Positions 1 to 14,285 of a stretch of DNA of 64,000 nucleotides are shown here, in pieces. Below the pieces are notes generated by a model that worked only from the letters and a program-made list of their open reading frames with translations, did not search any database and had not been told where the DNA came from. Source of the stretch: Octopus vulgaris (taxonomy: Eukaryota); assembly GCA_951406725.2 (NCBI GenBank), contig OX597837.1:14570001-14634000 (forward strand). Reading direction: 5' to 3'. Both the position numbers and the translations under genes were made by a program. How positions within the stretch are numbered: position 1 is the stretch's first letter; each line of letters starts with the position of its first letter.

Positions 1-311
1 CCCGTCTAGGCGGGGAACCTATACGCCAAGAAACCGGGAAACCGGCCCTTATGAGCCAGGCTTAGGAAATGGTAAAAGCTGTTTCGGGTTTTTTGTTTTG
101 TTTTTAGAATGGTAGTGATGTAGAGAAAGAGAAAAAAAACTGGAACTAGGAAGAATGTTGTAGTTCGCTTGAAGCATTGTAGCACACCAGTAGGATAATA
201 AAGGAAAAGAGAAACAAAAAAGGGCTTTACTCAAAATCACAACGCACCACCTGCTCTAGGAATTGAAACCACGATCTCGCGAGTGTGAGCGCAACACCCT
301 AACCACTAAGT
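1..311. mobile_element. Fragments of tRNA-derived SINE family B (3' part at 1-66 on +; tRNA-like head at ~228-311 on -)
   Basis: 1-66 matches the 3' part of the full copy at 45001-45254 (...atacgccaagaaaccgggaaaccggccc..atgagcc); 228-311 resembles the reverse-complement head (ccctaaccactaag). Confidence 0.65.
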
Positions 312-1042
312 TAAATATGTGTGTGTGTGTGTATTGTTCTTAGCTGTGGTTGCATTTCTGTAGCGAAGACCTACGAACTCTTATGGTTGACTGTGGTTTG
401 TAAGTGAAACATGGACGTGGATTTAGCGTCACCGTAAGATAAGCCATCTCTGCTCTGAAGAAAATGTAGTTTGTTGTTGTTGCTGTTGTTGTTGTTGTTT
501 TTGTTACTGTTGTTGTTGTTTTACTGCTGTTTAGCCCCAGGTCAGCGTTGATCAAACAGACCTTATATCAAATACATATGTTATGTCTTATTTTTTTGCT
601 TGTTTGCTTTTTTTCCAGGCATAGTGTATAAGCGATTAGATACATTATCTCATACACACTTTCCTCTTTCTAAAGATGTTATGGTATAATTTGAGGGATA
701 TTTGGCTGCTATTTCTAGAAGGTTATACGACCTCGTAGATGTTCCCTCGTCGGATCTGAAAAAAAAGAATAAGTAACCGTAGGAGCAGATATAGAAGAGT
801 CCATTATTTCAGCATCGTGTTAAATATGTTGCGTTGAATCAAGTATATGTTTACTTAAGAATAGTGGTGGATCTCCGTCGTAAGACGATGAAGGCCCATT
901 TATTAGATCAACCCAATAACCTGTTTCTGAATAAACGTACATGTGGCAGACTAAACTCAAGATACTTAATTCTGGGGTTGAATGATTGTGATCATAGAGT
1001 GTGACAAGGCCGTACCTCTTCAATTACAGATGATTCAATTCG

Positions 1043-1190
1043 AAGGGCTTCTTTACAGTTTTCGCCTGCCCAGTTTCACCCACAGGGTTGTAGAAGATGA
1101 CATGTGCCTGAGATGCCACGCAGGTGGATCGAACTCGAAGCCCCGTAGTTGTGAAACAAACTTTTTAATCATTTAGCCATACTGCGCCTA
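1043..1190 (-). mobile_element. Decayed SINE family C head/core
   Basis: gggcttctttacagttttcgcctg...gtagaagatgacatgtgcc... is collinear with 60107-60260. Confidence 0.6.
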
Positions 1191-1859
1191 AATTTCAATA
1201 GGAATACCCGCTCTACTAAATGGTTAAAGTTGACATTATTAAATCAATTTAAATCTTTACAATTCGTATATAATACAAACCTGCTAATAAGAGAAAATAA
1301 TGCAAAATATAGCATTTGGTTTTTTTTATTGTTTGTCATGGTTTGATACACCTACAAATTTACATTCGAAAATCGAATTAATAAACGCCTGGCCAGCTCC
1401 ATAGATTCCTTATGACCCAGGGATTGAAGAAGTCGAAGCAGCGGAAAATGCAGTAGGTTGCATTTTGTTCGGATGCCTCACTCTCTGGATATATATGGGA
1501 GGAGGCCTTTTTAGTGGAAAGAAGAAAAAACATTTTCTTTTGAAAAATTCTTCAGAAGAAAAGGTGATTTAGGGAAGATTTGGCATTTGTTTCTGGCGCG
1601 TCCTGCGGCCGCCTGCTACCTTACTTGTTTCTCCTCGGCACCATGGGAGTCTGCCGTAGTCTGTCTGTGCCTGTTGCTTTCTTTTTAAATGGTAAAAACT
1701 TGACAGTTTCTCAGCGGGATCCACAAGGTCCTCATGGCTGGGAAGAGACTGTCTCCAATCATCGCTCCACGTGTCCTTAGCACTGAAGCATTCGTTTACG
1801 GATTTAAAGAAAAAATTTTGCTTTTTCTTTCCTTTTAACCACTATTGAATACCTAGAAA

Positions 1860-2230
1860 TGGTTGAGACGGCAGAGGGTCGGACAAATGCTTTGCAGTAT
1901 TTCTTCCGGTTCTTTGCTCTCCGATTTCAAATCCCATTGGTTTCAACTGAGGGTTTCGTCGTTTCGTATTCAATAAGTCTCAGGGAAGCACTGCTCGTTG
2001 GTAACGACTAACCTTCTCCCTCCAAATTTACTGGCCCCTTCGTCCTTAAAACAGAAAACATTCTTAAAGAGCGATGGATTGGCAGAATCGTGGGAACGTT
2101 TAAAAAAATGTGCCATATAGCATTTTATGCGACCCTTTACACTGAGTTCAAATACTGCCGAAGTCAACTTTGCCTTTCATCCCACCAGGGTCGATAAAAT
2201 AAAGTACAAAGTACTTGTCAAGTATTGAGG
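1860..2230 (+). mobile_element. Two decayed tandem copies of SINE family D
   Basis: The second copy keeps gagttcaaat (B box) and aactttgcctttcatccc..gggtcgataaaataaagtac; the first is more decayed. Confidence 0.65.
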
Positions 2231-2886
2231 ACGATGGCACTACTGCCACTACTACTACTATACTACTGCCACTACTACTACCACTACCACTACTACTACT
2301 ACTAATACTACTACTACCACTACTACTACTAGAAATGATGCTATCAACTTCGGTGAGCCACACCATTTCAACTTCTTTTGCCCGACGTGATTTCCAACCC
2401 CTTATAATCCCACGTTTCTTCCCCTTCTCTTAGAAGACTGTCAATCACATTTATTCACGTGATTTGCCCCGTTTTTGAATTATAGACTCGCCTGGTATCA
2501 GAATAACTTGAGAGAAGGACGATTCTGACCGATTCTGGTGTAAGTTCTTATCCCATTCTTCACTGTTGTGATTTTTTGTCAAAAGCACCGAGGTTACCAA
2601 ATTTTTTTTGTCCTTTATTCCACTAACCCATCAAATAAATTTCTTACCATTCTATACATTTCCTTTATTTCTTTAAATGTTGAACTGGTCTTTTCTACTT
2701 TTCATCCTTTTAGTTTAAATCTTTTATATCAACCTATTTCTGATTAACACAGACAGACACACACACACATACGTATACACACACACATATATATATATAT
2801 ATTCATATATATACAAACATATATATATATATGTACGTACTTACACCCACACACATACATATATATGTATATAAATATATGCATGC

Positions 2887-2927
<41 letters not shown>

Positions 2928-3177
2928 ATTAAAACGTTTGGTAGTATACAGAACAGTATATTGGTAATAATAATATTAGTAAAAGCAAATGAAGGACTTG
3001 TTCCTACATGAATAGGGAGTACATCTTCAAATATACCATGGAAATGAAACTAAATGGCATGAAATAAAACAAAATAAAATAAAGTGGAATATTAACGTTA
3101 TCAAATTTTTAAATTGTAAATATTTTACTGAATTTTACTTTTATTATCACCAATATACATACAATATACATACATAC

Positions 3178-3225
<48 letters not shown>

Positions 3226-3895
3226 TTTTCTTGCATTGCCACATGGATTCTCATGTTATATTTTCGTATGTGTGTAGTTCTCTAGACGGTTTGCGTAGTC
3301 TTTCCTGCACAAGATGCACACTTTTAGGTGCACTTAACTGTCTGTGTAGTCGTCTGTTCTGTCTTTCTTTACGATTTCGTTGTCCGTTGGTAATGTTTTA
3401 AAATGATTACATTAACGTGAATAACCGAAACCGTTTCGTCTGGTTAATATTATCATAAAAAATAATCAAGCCAAAAGATCTTCTCAGACAATAACTTAAT
3501 CCCCCATTTCAAAATAAAAAAAATCTTCGAAATAAAAAAAAGGAATTATTCTTAAAACTAAAAGCTGGATTTTTTTATTATTAGACTCTTGCGATCTTTG
3601 ATGAGAATTTAAATGTTGTTCTGATAGCTACAAACACCTTGGTGACTTACTTGGTTAAGAGCTCAGTGTCTAACCTATACATGCTTCGCTGTGCTGAAGA
3701 AAGTCAATGTACGATCGCTTCTCTTGTTTTGCTATTCGGTCAATCTCACTGAGCAAACAGTTTGCCTCAGTCTAATAAAAAAAATACATCCTCATGAAAT
3801 CCTCCTCACGAAATCACTTCTCTCTTTCCTTCTCTTTCTCTCTCTCCCTCACACACACACACACACACACACACCTTAATGATACAGCAACAGCA

Positions 3896-4264
3896 GTTGA
3901 GGCGCAATGGCCCAGTGGTTAGGGCAGCGAACTCGCAGTCGGAAGATCGCGGTTTCGATTCCGAGACCGGGCGTTGTGTGTGTTTATTGAGCAAAACACC
4001 TAAAGCTCCACGAGGCTCTGGCAGGGGGTGGGTGGCGACCCCTGTTGTACTCTTTCGCTCCAGCTTTCTCTCTCTTTCTTCCTGTTTCTTATCCCCGACT
4101 TCCTACACAACCGCTGAAAGCCTGGATGCGCATTCATCCATCCGTCGATGCTCTCGGTGTCGGAAGTTGACCTGCTTTCTCTTCTGCGGGTCTTACGAAT
4201 AGCAAAGGACCACGTTTCGGACTTCTCCCATCTTGCGAGCTCTGGGACGAGGACCGTTCGCTCA
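3896..4264 (+). mobile_element. tRNA-derived SINE family A, variant 3' body
   Basis: A box tggcccagtgg and B box ggtttcgattcc; head shared with 37125-37509; 12-bp direct repeat acagcaacagca at 3884-3895 and 4265-4276 (candidate TSD). Confidence 0.9.
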
Positions 4265-4624
4265 ACAGCAACAGCAACACACTGCCGCGCAGCGTTGTAA
4301 AAGTTTTGATTTAATGTAATATGATAGGAATCCGGTAAAATAGTTGAGGGTCTTTCGAAAGAGACAAACATTGGAAAATATTAAAAGAACAAAACTGAAA
4401 AAAGTCAAAAGAAAATTTAGTAAAATGTCGGAAAAATTCAAAGACCCTAAGACGGACAACAAAGTCTGACGTTTCTGGCTTTTGCTGGTCAGTAAAGAAT
4501 AGAAACATATCTAAATATATTTATAATACTTATGAAAACCAAATCTTATATCATTTATCAATTAGAACTTTACTCATTTACTATTAACTAACTGCAAATT
4601 CTTTTCGCGGTCAACTATTTTTTA

Positions 4625-4670
<46 letters not shown>

Positions 4671-5121
4671 AGTAATTAGTTTGGCTCAGCGTTAAAATGA
4701 GTTTATCATTTTAATGAGTTTATCATTGAAGTTTTACTGCAAACGGTTAAATAGCATCCCTTATGTTTCATAACATTTGGACAAGCATCTCTCTCTTTCT
4801 CTCTGTCTCTCTGTCAGTCTGTCTCTCTCTTTCTCTTTCTCTCTCTCTCTCACACACACATTCTTTCTCACTCAATCTTTCTGCATCTATCTTTCTATTT
4901 ATCCAGCTTGCTATCGATCTATATATCTATCTATCTGTCTGTTTTATTCCTCTAACTCTGCTCTTTCTAATGAAGAGTGACTGAAAGCATGCCGTGAACA
5001 AACCGTTTTCCATTTTCTGAATGTATGCCCTTCTCTATTTCTGTCGTCCATTCTACTTGTATGCCCGGGTCACTTTCTCGTTATACACTACCCCCGCAGA
5101 AGCTCATACACATCATACAGA

Positions 5122-5166
<45 letters not shown>

Positions 5167-5942
5167 ACAAGACGCCCATATATAAAATCATACTCTATCA
5201 TAGTATATACATGTATGGGTATACATGTCTGAGTAAGCGTGTATACTTGTGTATCTGTGCGCGTGTATGTGTGTGTGTGTATGTGTGTGTGTGTATGTGT
5301 GTTTGTGTGTGTCTATGTCTGTGTGTTTGTGTGTGCTGGTTCGCAACTGTGTAAATACTGATGGCATAAGATTGATGAAAGCATACACACACACAATGAC
5401 ACATACACACACACACACACACATACATGCGCACACACATGCACGCACGCACACATAAACGTCTGCACGCACATAGACTTTATCACATAAGCATAATCAC
5501 ACACACACGTCATTCACGATCCCTCACACGCAGACACACATATTTGCTCTGACGAAGCCATACGCACACAAGCATGAACAAGGACGCCCAGTCGCTCACA
5601 CACATACACCAATACACCCACACACACACACACCCACACACATCCATACATATATGCATGCACACACTCTCTTTCTCTGACACACACACTCACATATTCC
5701 CACACTCATTCCTTCTTCTACACACACACACACACAGACGCACCTACCGATTACCTGTATGCATGTATGCATGTGCATACATGTATACTGTATGCTGTAT
5801 GCATGTATAGATGTGCATGTGAATATTGTGCAAAGATGGTCGGATGTGTTGGGGTTTAAAAGAACACATCCTCAGCATGTTGGTGTAGATTAGTAAAGGA
5901 ATATTCCAGGTATGAGTTAGAGGAGTATTCCTGTCGATATGA

Positions 5943-6240
5943 GAAACCAAAGAGACAAACGTGTCGTTGCTATTATGCAAAAGTGTCGTAAGTCCAAAAC
6001 GTTGCTTTTCCAGAAAACGAAAAAATAGTCTCAACCATTGCATAGCAAAACCGTTGTATTACACTTTGACAATTTCTGATATCTTGGCATCTGAAGCAGC
6101 TGGAGATACGACAGTTTAACCAAAGGAACCGGCTATTGCAAGCAAAAATATATATTGGATAAAAGAAAACGCATTTGGTCAAATTTGGACATACGACAGC
6201 TTAACATAATAGCAACGATAGGTTCTCTTTTTTTCGGTTT
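5943..6240. repeat. Imperfect inverted repeat (~55-bp arms, ~185-bp spacer)
   Basis: tgtcgttgctattatgcaaaagtgtcgtaagtccaaa (5962-5998) vs reverse complement of tttggacatacgacagcttaacataatagcaacgata (6184-6220). Confidence 0.8.
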
Positions 6241-6394
6241 TAACGCTTTCTTTACAATATCTTCTTGTTCTTAATTCCATTTCTCTTTATATTCTTTTAG
6301 TGATAATATTGTTTTTTTTTCTATATTTATAATGTTTTGCTTTTTATAGATATTTAATTTAATTAAACGTTATGTAGTTATGTTAATGAATTCG

Positions 6395-6533
6395 TGGGTG
6401 GTAGATTAATTATTGGGTGGTAGACTTGATTATTGAATGGTAAAGTTAATTACTGAGTGGTAAACTTAATTAACGAGCGGTACATTTAATTATTGGGATT
6501 AGATTTAAGTGTTAACCGGTAGATTTAAATTAT
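6395..6533. repeat. Decayed ~20-bp minisatellite, ~7 copies (gtggtagatttaattattgr)
   Basis: Visible ~20-bp period of ggta..ttaatta. Confidence 0.8.
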
Positions 6534-6629
6534 GTGCTTGCTTATATGTACAATTACTGATATTATGATCAATTTATTTTTATATATAGATAAATGAGTG
6601 TGTGTGTGTGTGTGTGTATGCGTGCGTGA

Positions 6630-6660
<31 letters not shown>

Positions 6661-6797
6661 CGTGAGTGTGCGTGTATATATGTATACTTGTATGTATTGT
6701 ATGTGGTTAGGGTAAATCTCAGGTGTTTGTAATTCCTATTAGCAAATGAAACACGTGTAATGGAGAATAAATAATACGAAAAAATTTCATTTTCCTC

Positions 6798-6861
<64 letters not shown>

Positions 6862-6867
<6 letters not shown>

Positions 6868-7054
6868 GCGTTTCACTCCACGTGTATTACACGCACTACT
6901 AATAGTTCCGCGTATATGACAAGTACGTTCATTGGGCGGTCATTATTTTATGAAACCCAGAAGTATAAAATAATCAGCGCCTGACGAACGTACTTGTTAT
7001 GTACTTGAAACTATCAGCAGCGCGTGTAATACATGAGGAGTGAAACGCATACAT
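6862..7054. repeat. ~190-bp fold-back with short loop, containing an inverted pair of hammerhead motifs
   Basis: atgtacgcgtttcactcc...attattttat / ataaaataat...ggagtgaaacgcatacat; starts at the end of a (TA)n tract. Confidence 0.9.
6977..7023 (+). ncRNA. Hammerhead ribozyme motif, type I (cleavage triplet mutated to GCA)
   Basis: gcgc-CTGACGA-acgtac..gtactt-GAAAC-tatca-GCA-gcgc; the mirror copy at 6893-6939 (-) keeps GTA but has core mutations. Confidence 0.7.
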
Positions 7055-7217
7055 TAATATTGGACTCTCATTAGATGGAGGACTCTTCTTCTTGATCATT
7101 TTACGCAGATTAATTTACTATATATATATATATAATACAGATAAGGCGACGAAATTGAAAATATTTGTGTGATGATATGGCAATGCACAGTGTAAGAGAA
7201 CACGTCTTGATGACAAC

Positions 7218-7327
7218 CTGATGAAGTATCACTCTAATATAACCAACAGCAAATGTTGCGTACATTTCCACATGAAATTATTTACGTGCAGCGACGTTAG
7301 AAGCGACGTGGTACTGAAACAATTGTA
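7218..7327 (+). ncRNA. Hammerhead core with long helix-II insert; helix I not recoverable
   Basis: CTGATGA-agtatcac...gtggtact-GAAAC-AATT-GTA; 8-bp helix II with one G.U pair. Confidence 0.65.
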
Positions 7328-7819
7328 ATAAGGAAAGTGTGCTAAATCCCTTTTTTTGCTTTCACAAGTGGATTTCACTCTGCGTAAGACTCACACATTG
7401 CTTTCATCAGTCACTTTCCTGGACTTCTTCTACCAAAGGACTTTCAATTCTCCTCGTGGTTTCCGTTTGAGGATTTAGGTAGCCAGGAGTTCGGGTTGAG
7501 TGCTACATCGTAAGATATATACATACATACATATATACATACATACTTACAAACATACATCGAGGCATATACATACATGCATTCATATGTATATGTAAAT
7601 CCACAAAAACACACACTGCTTGTGCACGCACATACACACTCACATTATAAGACACCTACACCTATATACACATATAAACGCACACATCATATCTGGCGTG
7701 CATACTCCAGTGAGACAAAAATAGTTTCTTGCTCATGTTCAAAAGGCTTGCTGTGGTTCGGTTTATATATGGAGCTATTGTTCGTGAATTGTGCATTGAT
7801 CTATCGGAGTAAATGAAAG

Positions 7820-8480
7820 GTTTTTCAAATATCGGAAAAATTTCTGTTTTCTGTGGGTAAGAAATATATGCGTCCAGAATAGCTGTTAAGGAGTGGTGTT
7901 CAGCGAATCGAATTTTGAAGCGTTTGGTTGTAAATAAATTGTAAAGTCTTTTTATTAATAGTATATGATTTGATCAAGGAAAGGCTGGTTGTATTTAATT
8001 TATTGGATTTTTTTTTGTTTTTCAAATCCCAAATGAATTTAGATAATGAAGTATCATTAATTACATTTTGGTTATGGAACATGTGGATTGTATCAAAATT
8101 TTGAGGCTTGCAACATGAGTCCAATATATATCCGAGATATTATTTTCTATCGTTGCGAGGTATACAAAAACTTTAACATTAGTTATTAGGATTGATGTAC
8201 AAAACTACGTATAGATGGATACAGCTTGTAGTGGTTGAAATGAGCAAGGCTTTGTGCAAAATTGGGTTTAGTTGAAAATGGGACTTCACTATTGTTTGAA
8301 AATATTTTATAGAATGATTCAATAAATGACTTCCTCTTTTCCTGACCCTAGAAACGCCAATTTTTTTAAATTTCCATCCATATACGAGTTACTTCTTTTA
8401 TTCAATTTCTCCGTCGACAGCTAAATACATTCCACATGCACAGAATTTTGGATCTCATTCTTCAACACGCTACGCCAGAT
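7820..8480 (-). pseudogene. Penelope-like element GIY-YIG endonuclease remnant
   Basis: The minus strand gives, across frameshifts, FVYLATI...YIGL...NDTSLSKFIWDLK...LYNLFTTKRFKI, matching the Penelope-type endonuclease pattern (YIG; T.LSKYIW.LK; decayed CxLC). Confidence 0.75.
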
Positions 8481-8575
8481 ATTACTTTACTATATACATT
8501 CATATACATACATGCATAAATAAGTTTATACATATACATACACACACACACAAACACATACACATGCATACAACC

Positions 8576-8689
<114 letters not shown>

Positions 8690-8717
8690 GAGAAAGAAGC
8701 AACAAGAATGGATTAGT

Positions 8718-8808
8718 TTTTAGTACAATTGTTTCATACAAAGACAGGCTTTATTACAAGTTGCAAAAATTGCAGCAGATAAAAGTGTCCCGTACTCATC
8801 AGCTAAAA
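8718..8808 (-). ncRNA. Apparently intact type I hammerhead ribozyme motif
   Basis: Minus strand: ttttag-CTGATGA-gtacgggaca...tgtctttgtat-GAAAC-AATT-GTA-ctaaaa; 6-bp helix I, wobble-rich helix II, palindromic helix III. Confidence 0.85.
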
Positions 8809-8921
8809 TACATATGAGTTCTCTAGACATCTTAGTGGGTGAGGTTATACTCATGAAATATTGGAGATAATTCCATTAAAGGCAGATATAGGTTGTAAAC
8901 AGTTTTCCAAAGTTCCTTAAT

Positions 8922-9072
8922 GATGATGCACAGACTTATCACAGATTTTAAAAAACTTATTAGTTTCGAAGAGAAGATAAATTAATCCATAGTGTAGATT
9001 TAAATTTCCAGAGATATGAGGAGGATGATGCACAGACTTATCACAGGTTTTTAAAAACTTATTAGCTTCACA
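8922..9072. repeat. ~48-bp direct repeat next to the hammerhead cassette
   Basis: gatgatgcacagacttatcacag(a/g)tttt(a/t)aaaaacttattag at ~8922 and ~9024. Confidence 0.85.
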
Positions 9073-9079
9073 GAAAAGG

Positions 9080-9341
<262 letters not shown>

Positions 9342-9411
9342 GTGAGAATTATAGTTTTCTGTTTGGTAAATTATTAATTTTATATAGATATGCGAGTGTG
9401 TGTGTGTTTGC

Positions 9412-9461
<50 letters not shown>

Positions 9462-9595
9462 TGATTCGAACTCGAAACATTATTACATCCTTTTCCTTTG
9501 TATTTCATATCTTTACTGTCTCTTAATCATAATAGTGTTTACATTTTAAAAAAAAACAGTATTTTGAAAATCTAAACGATTTGGTTCCGCAGTTA

Positions 9596-9675
<80 letters not shown>

Positions 9676-12600
9676 TGATGCTGAGCATACACACACACAC
9701 ACACCCCATGCACTCAGACACACGCACACTCTACATGTATATGTAGGCGTGTATATTTGTACGCAAGTAATCACGAATCTTTTTGTTTCCATTTGTTTGT
9801 AACATATTCTTAACGGATAACAAGGAAAGATATTAGAGAATGGCCCCAGCTTCGAAACTGGATCGAGAGTTCAATTTGCAGGCAGTTTATTTGACTACTT
9901 TTTGCGTCAGTGAACTAAGAGGGTTCTATAAAAGAACGATCCTCGCCAAAAATACCGCTGATTGATTGTTCTAAAACATTTCTAATTTGGTTCCGGAACC
10001 ATAAATATATATTTTAATGAAAGGTCAAGAACCAGTCATTGCATTAATCACTACAGTTTGTTACTCATATCTGGATGGTTTTCATCATTCTTTTATGAAC
10101 GGATTCTATATCTGTGATCGATAATAAAATACACACAAAAAATCTATGTGAAATAGCAATATTAAGTAATCGAATCTGCCATGAAATGCCAGTACAATTC
10201 TTTGTGGATTATCATGGATTAACTTTTAGCTCAGTAAATAACAAAAAAACAACACTTTCGCTATAGTTTGTGTGACGCTAAAATCTTTTTCGTTTCTTCT
10301 CTATCTCGAATGAATTTTAGAAATTCCAATATCTTCCAAAAGTATCAATGCAGTTTTCTTAAATTTCTTTTAGGTTTTCAGCCTTTGCCCGGAAAATAAC
10401 AGGTTATTAAAAGTTCTGTAAAGGTGTGATTCAGGTTTTAATTAAGATGTGTTATTAGATATGGCGTTAGTTATTAAGCTTATTAATAATAATTCGTCCA
10501 TCTATAACATCATGTTTGTATTAGTTTCCAGAAAATTCACTGGTATTTGGTTTAACGCTAATACTTGGTCCATCGTGTTTATTTAGCGCACTCTTCTCTC
10601 TTACAAAACTTCCAGTCAGGATTCCTGTTTGGTCTTGAGCTGTAGATACCAGTTACAATGATTTTGGTACTACCTACTTTTCCATAGGGGCCTTGCAAGT
10701 AAGGATACTGTCTTCGTTCAGGACCCAATCATAAAAAAATGTTTAAGTCACGCATATACTGGCAAGTTTTCTTTATCTCTTTCTCAAAGATTAGGAAAAA
10801 AAATATGTTTTAAATTTTACTTCTGTTCTAGATTCTTGGATCCAGCCGCGAGAGGTCTGTCACACCGCATTTATTTCAAATACTAGCAGAAAACCACCTG
10901 GGAAGAGTGTTTCTACTAGCATTTTTAATGAAAACGATTGAATAGCGGCGGTAGAGAGATAGAGAGAAGGGTGATAGAGAGAAAGAGGTGGTTGAGATAG
11001 AGAGATAGAGAGCGCGAGACAGTGTTGCAAAAAATGAAAGCGAATGTAACGGTGGTGGGGGGAGACGAGAAGTATTAAATGGAAGAAATACAAATGACGT
11101 TTGTGTGAGAGAAAAGAGATGAGGAGAGAAGAGAGTAAGGCTTTAAAAAACGCTGACTATCTCGCAATGAATAAACTTAGTTGTCTGCTAGAAACACGTA
11201 ACTGAAATCTACAATAATAAAAGAAAGTTTGAAAATCACATTTTGATAAAAATATATTAAAATTGAAACTTTAAGAATTTTCTAGACAGAATATTAAAGC
11301 GAATATAAAACATATTCGCATTCTTTTAGTAACAGCTGTATATTCGTAACTAATGAAGAAGCAGCTTTCCTTATCATATTATAGATATAGGGAATCTAGG
11401 AGTTTTCTTTAAATCAAATTTCATTAAAGCTATTAAACTATAAGAAATCAATAGTAAGCATTTCTTATACAGTTTCAAATTGTTGGACCGGGCTTTGTAA
11501 TTCTGGTTGAGAAACGGTTGCTGCAAATCAGTGTGAAAATGGATGAAAATTAAAATAAAAACGAAAACGATTGTGGTTTTCAGCTAATTTTATTGCTGGG
11601 AACTTTCAATCAAGCTCAGATGTAAGCTGTCCATATTGTCAATGCCGAGTCTTCTTTTATTCATCTCTTCCACCCTTACAATATTATAATACAATACCGA
11701 GACGACTATATATATATATCAATACTACTGTGGTGACATGTACATACATACATACATACATGACACAAGTAAGGTTGGAAGAAAGATAAAAGGAAAACTG
11801 TTTATTAAAATGTTCAAACCTGTTCTGAACGGAAATAACAGCAATAATATAACAACCAGTTAAGGATTAGTGGATTTAATAAATATAAACAAGTTACAGA
11901 ATACCGGGTACGCCTGGCAAACCGTGATGTTTAAGAGCATGCGGAGTGGTCAAAAAGGTATTCTAAAACTTCAGCTGGCTGGAGCATTCTAAGAGGTACG
12001 AAAGTTGTCAAAAACTTAACCGTCAATTAAACACATTTGAAATCTGATGATTACCACAAATGTATGAAAGTGCTAATTTTGTTAAAATACTATAATAAAA
12101 AACGTGGAAACTAGACTGCTTTAACATTATTCAACTCATATATCATTCTATACACATTCACACAAATTCGAAACAATATATATATATATATATATATGCA
12201 TCCACACATTCCATATATATGCGAGCGCGCGTGTGTGTGATTCATTCATTGTTGAATGAATCAGTGATAAACGAGGATAGATGTAGTTCAGAAAATTATA
12301 ACTTAATGAAAATTCATTCAGTTGGTTGTTCGATACGTTATTCATAGCCTTAGTTTCGATTTGTATCGAATTAGTAAGGAGTGTCATAAAAAGAAAGATA
12401 TCTCTAAGGAAAGTGCGTAATGCATAATTTTGGCCACCAATCCCATCATTATGAGACACCCACTATTTCGATAATCCAGTAGTAAAATTATGAATAGTCA
12501 TGGTACTATCAGTATGGTATAAATGCTATTTGGGGGAAATGGTGGTTATATGTTAAAAAAATTTGTAAATTGTAGCTGCATAAATATTTGAAATTTTTTT

Positions 12601-12816
12601 TCAGAGTGAGAGATGAAATTTACTTTTATTTTTATTTGCATGTTACTGATTTTTGTTCGAATAATTTCATATTCATATTTCCCACAATCCTTGTTGGATT
12701 ACAGCACGGAAATCTACGTTTATATATTTGTATTTTATATTTTGTGGTGGTAATCTTGAGCCAAATGTACTTCAGGTCATTGAACTTGTTAGATAAATGA
12801 ATTGCTTTTCTTTTTA

Positions 12817-12935
12817 TTTTTGTCTGATGAGATGATCATGGATCACATGTAATATATTGTAATGTCACACATCCATTTATATTTATATTCATGGTGGATC
12901 TCACCCATGTATTGTTGAAACGATCGTAACAAAGG
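12817..12935 (+). ncRNA. Type I hammerhead ribozyme motif with long helix-II insert
   Basis: tttgt-CTGATGA-gatgatcatgg...ccatgtattgtt-GAAAC-GATC-GTA-acaaa. Confidence 0.8.
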
Positions 12936-13503
12936 AATATATGCAATACCTTAACTTCCATTCTTAGACTAACCATATATATATTTTTTCTTTTTGTCTT
13001 TCACGATATTAAATGCCACTTTATCCCTCAAAATCAGCATTTTTACAGCTTCCAGAATACTTCTCTATTGACATTAATTTTACACCAAAATAAGAACATA
13101 ACACATTTTATAAGATCATAAATTTGAGACTAATTTTAAGCTTTTTGAAGACATTTTTCTCTGCATATTTCATCACGGCCATCTGTTTCTAATATAAACC
13201 AATTGTAGAATAACCTAATTCTCATAAAGATAACCTGCTAAAGCCATATTTATATACACCTATATATGCACTTTCATGACTATCTATATTCATCTGCCAA
13301 TCTGAATGTCATCATCATCCATTATTTCCCTCATCGTCTGCTATATTTTCATTTACAGGATTCATTTCATTTGAAGTAGATTTGAAACTGGAGAATTTTG
13401 ACTTCGTACATTGCAGCGCAATAATATATGCTAAAACAAAAAAAAAACAAAAAAAAACAAGAGGTTTTGCTTACAATGAATCAATAAGGTCAACTAGATC
13501 ACA

Positions 13504-13564
13504 TGACGTATTCAGGGAGAATAACTGTGTTGGCCGCAAGCGATTGTTGATCCCCGGAAGTGAC
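13504..13564. promoter_or_regulatory. Candidate promoter motifs: CRE half-site and ETS site
   Basis: TGACGTA at 13504 and CCGGAAGTGAC at 13554-13564 in unique sequence. Confidence 0.35.
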
Positions 13565-13818
13565 TGAGAATAATGTCTTGTCTTCTAGAGATGAATGCGT
13601 CTGATTTGTTTTTATTTTATTTCATATTTTTTTGTTGTATATATGTTGTTGTTGTTGTTGTTGTTGTTGTGTGTGCTTTGTTTTTTTTCACCTGTTTTTT
13701 TAAGAGTTAAAAATCTTGAATTCACCATCAAAACAAAATATAAGAACATCGTTCTAAGTGCAAAATAAGTAAGTAACGAGTAGCGATACATAAATACATA
13801 TTAATTGCATGCGTAATA

Positions 13819-14027
13819 TTGGTTTCAAATTTTGGTACAAGGCCAGCAATTTCGGGGTGGAGGGAGATAAATCGATTACAACGATCCTCAGGTACTTATT
13901 TTGTAGACCTCGAAAGGATGAACGGCACAATCCACCCCGAAAGGCTATGTAAACTTAGAACGTAAAGACGGACCAAATACCGCTAAGCATTGTGCTAAGC
14001 ATAATGACTCTGCCAGCTCTCCACCTT
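13819..14027 (-). mobile_element. SINE family D
   Basis: Reverse complement of the aaggtggagagctggcaga...catcctttcgaggtc... family. Confidence 0.8.
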
Positions 14028-14214
14028 ATACGGGACAAAATGTCACTTGTGGAGAGGATTTTCCTTGTAGGACGAACTTTAGAGAGAAGAGATACGCAGC
14101 GATATGATCCTTGTTGATCTATTACTGGTTCTTATTCCACTTTTCATGGCCTTAATTAAATTTCTCATTGAAACTTACCGTTTATGATACTACAAATCGT
14201 CTTCTATTAGGCTG

Positions 14215-14236
14215 TTATTATTATTATCATCATCAG

Positions 14237-14285
<49 letters not shown>

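Noticed and set aside
1580-1780. 66-aa ORF in a moderately GC-rich patch
   Set aside because: Non-ATG start, no recognisable motif and no splice support.
3896-3972. tRNA genes here and at 37125, 43180-43257, 45180-45254 and 57151
   Set aside because: A/B boxes are present but continue into shared SINE bodies with TSDs; these are SINE heads.
9840-13370. Very old LINE endonuclease/RT relics (10300-10860, 12990-13370)
   Set aside because: Only isolated motif hints on the minus strand; would need a translated HMM search.
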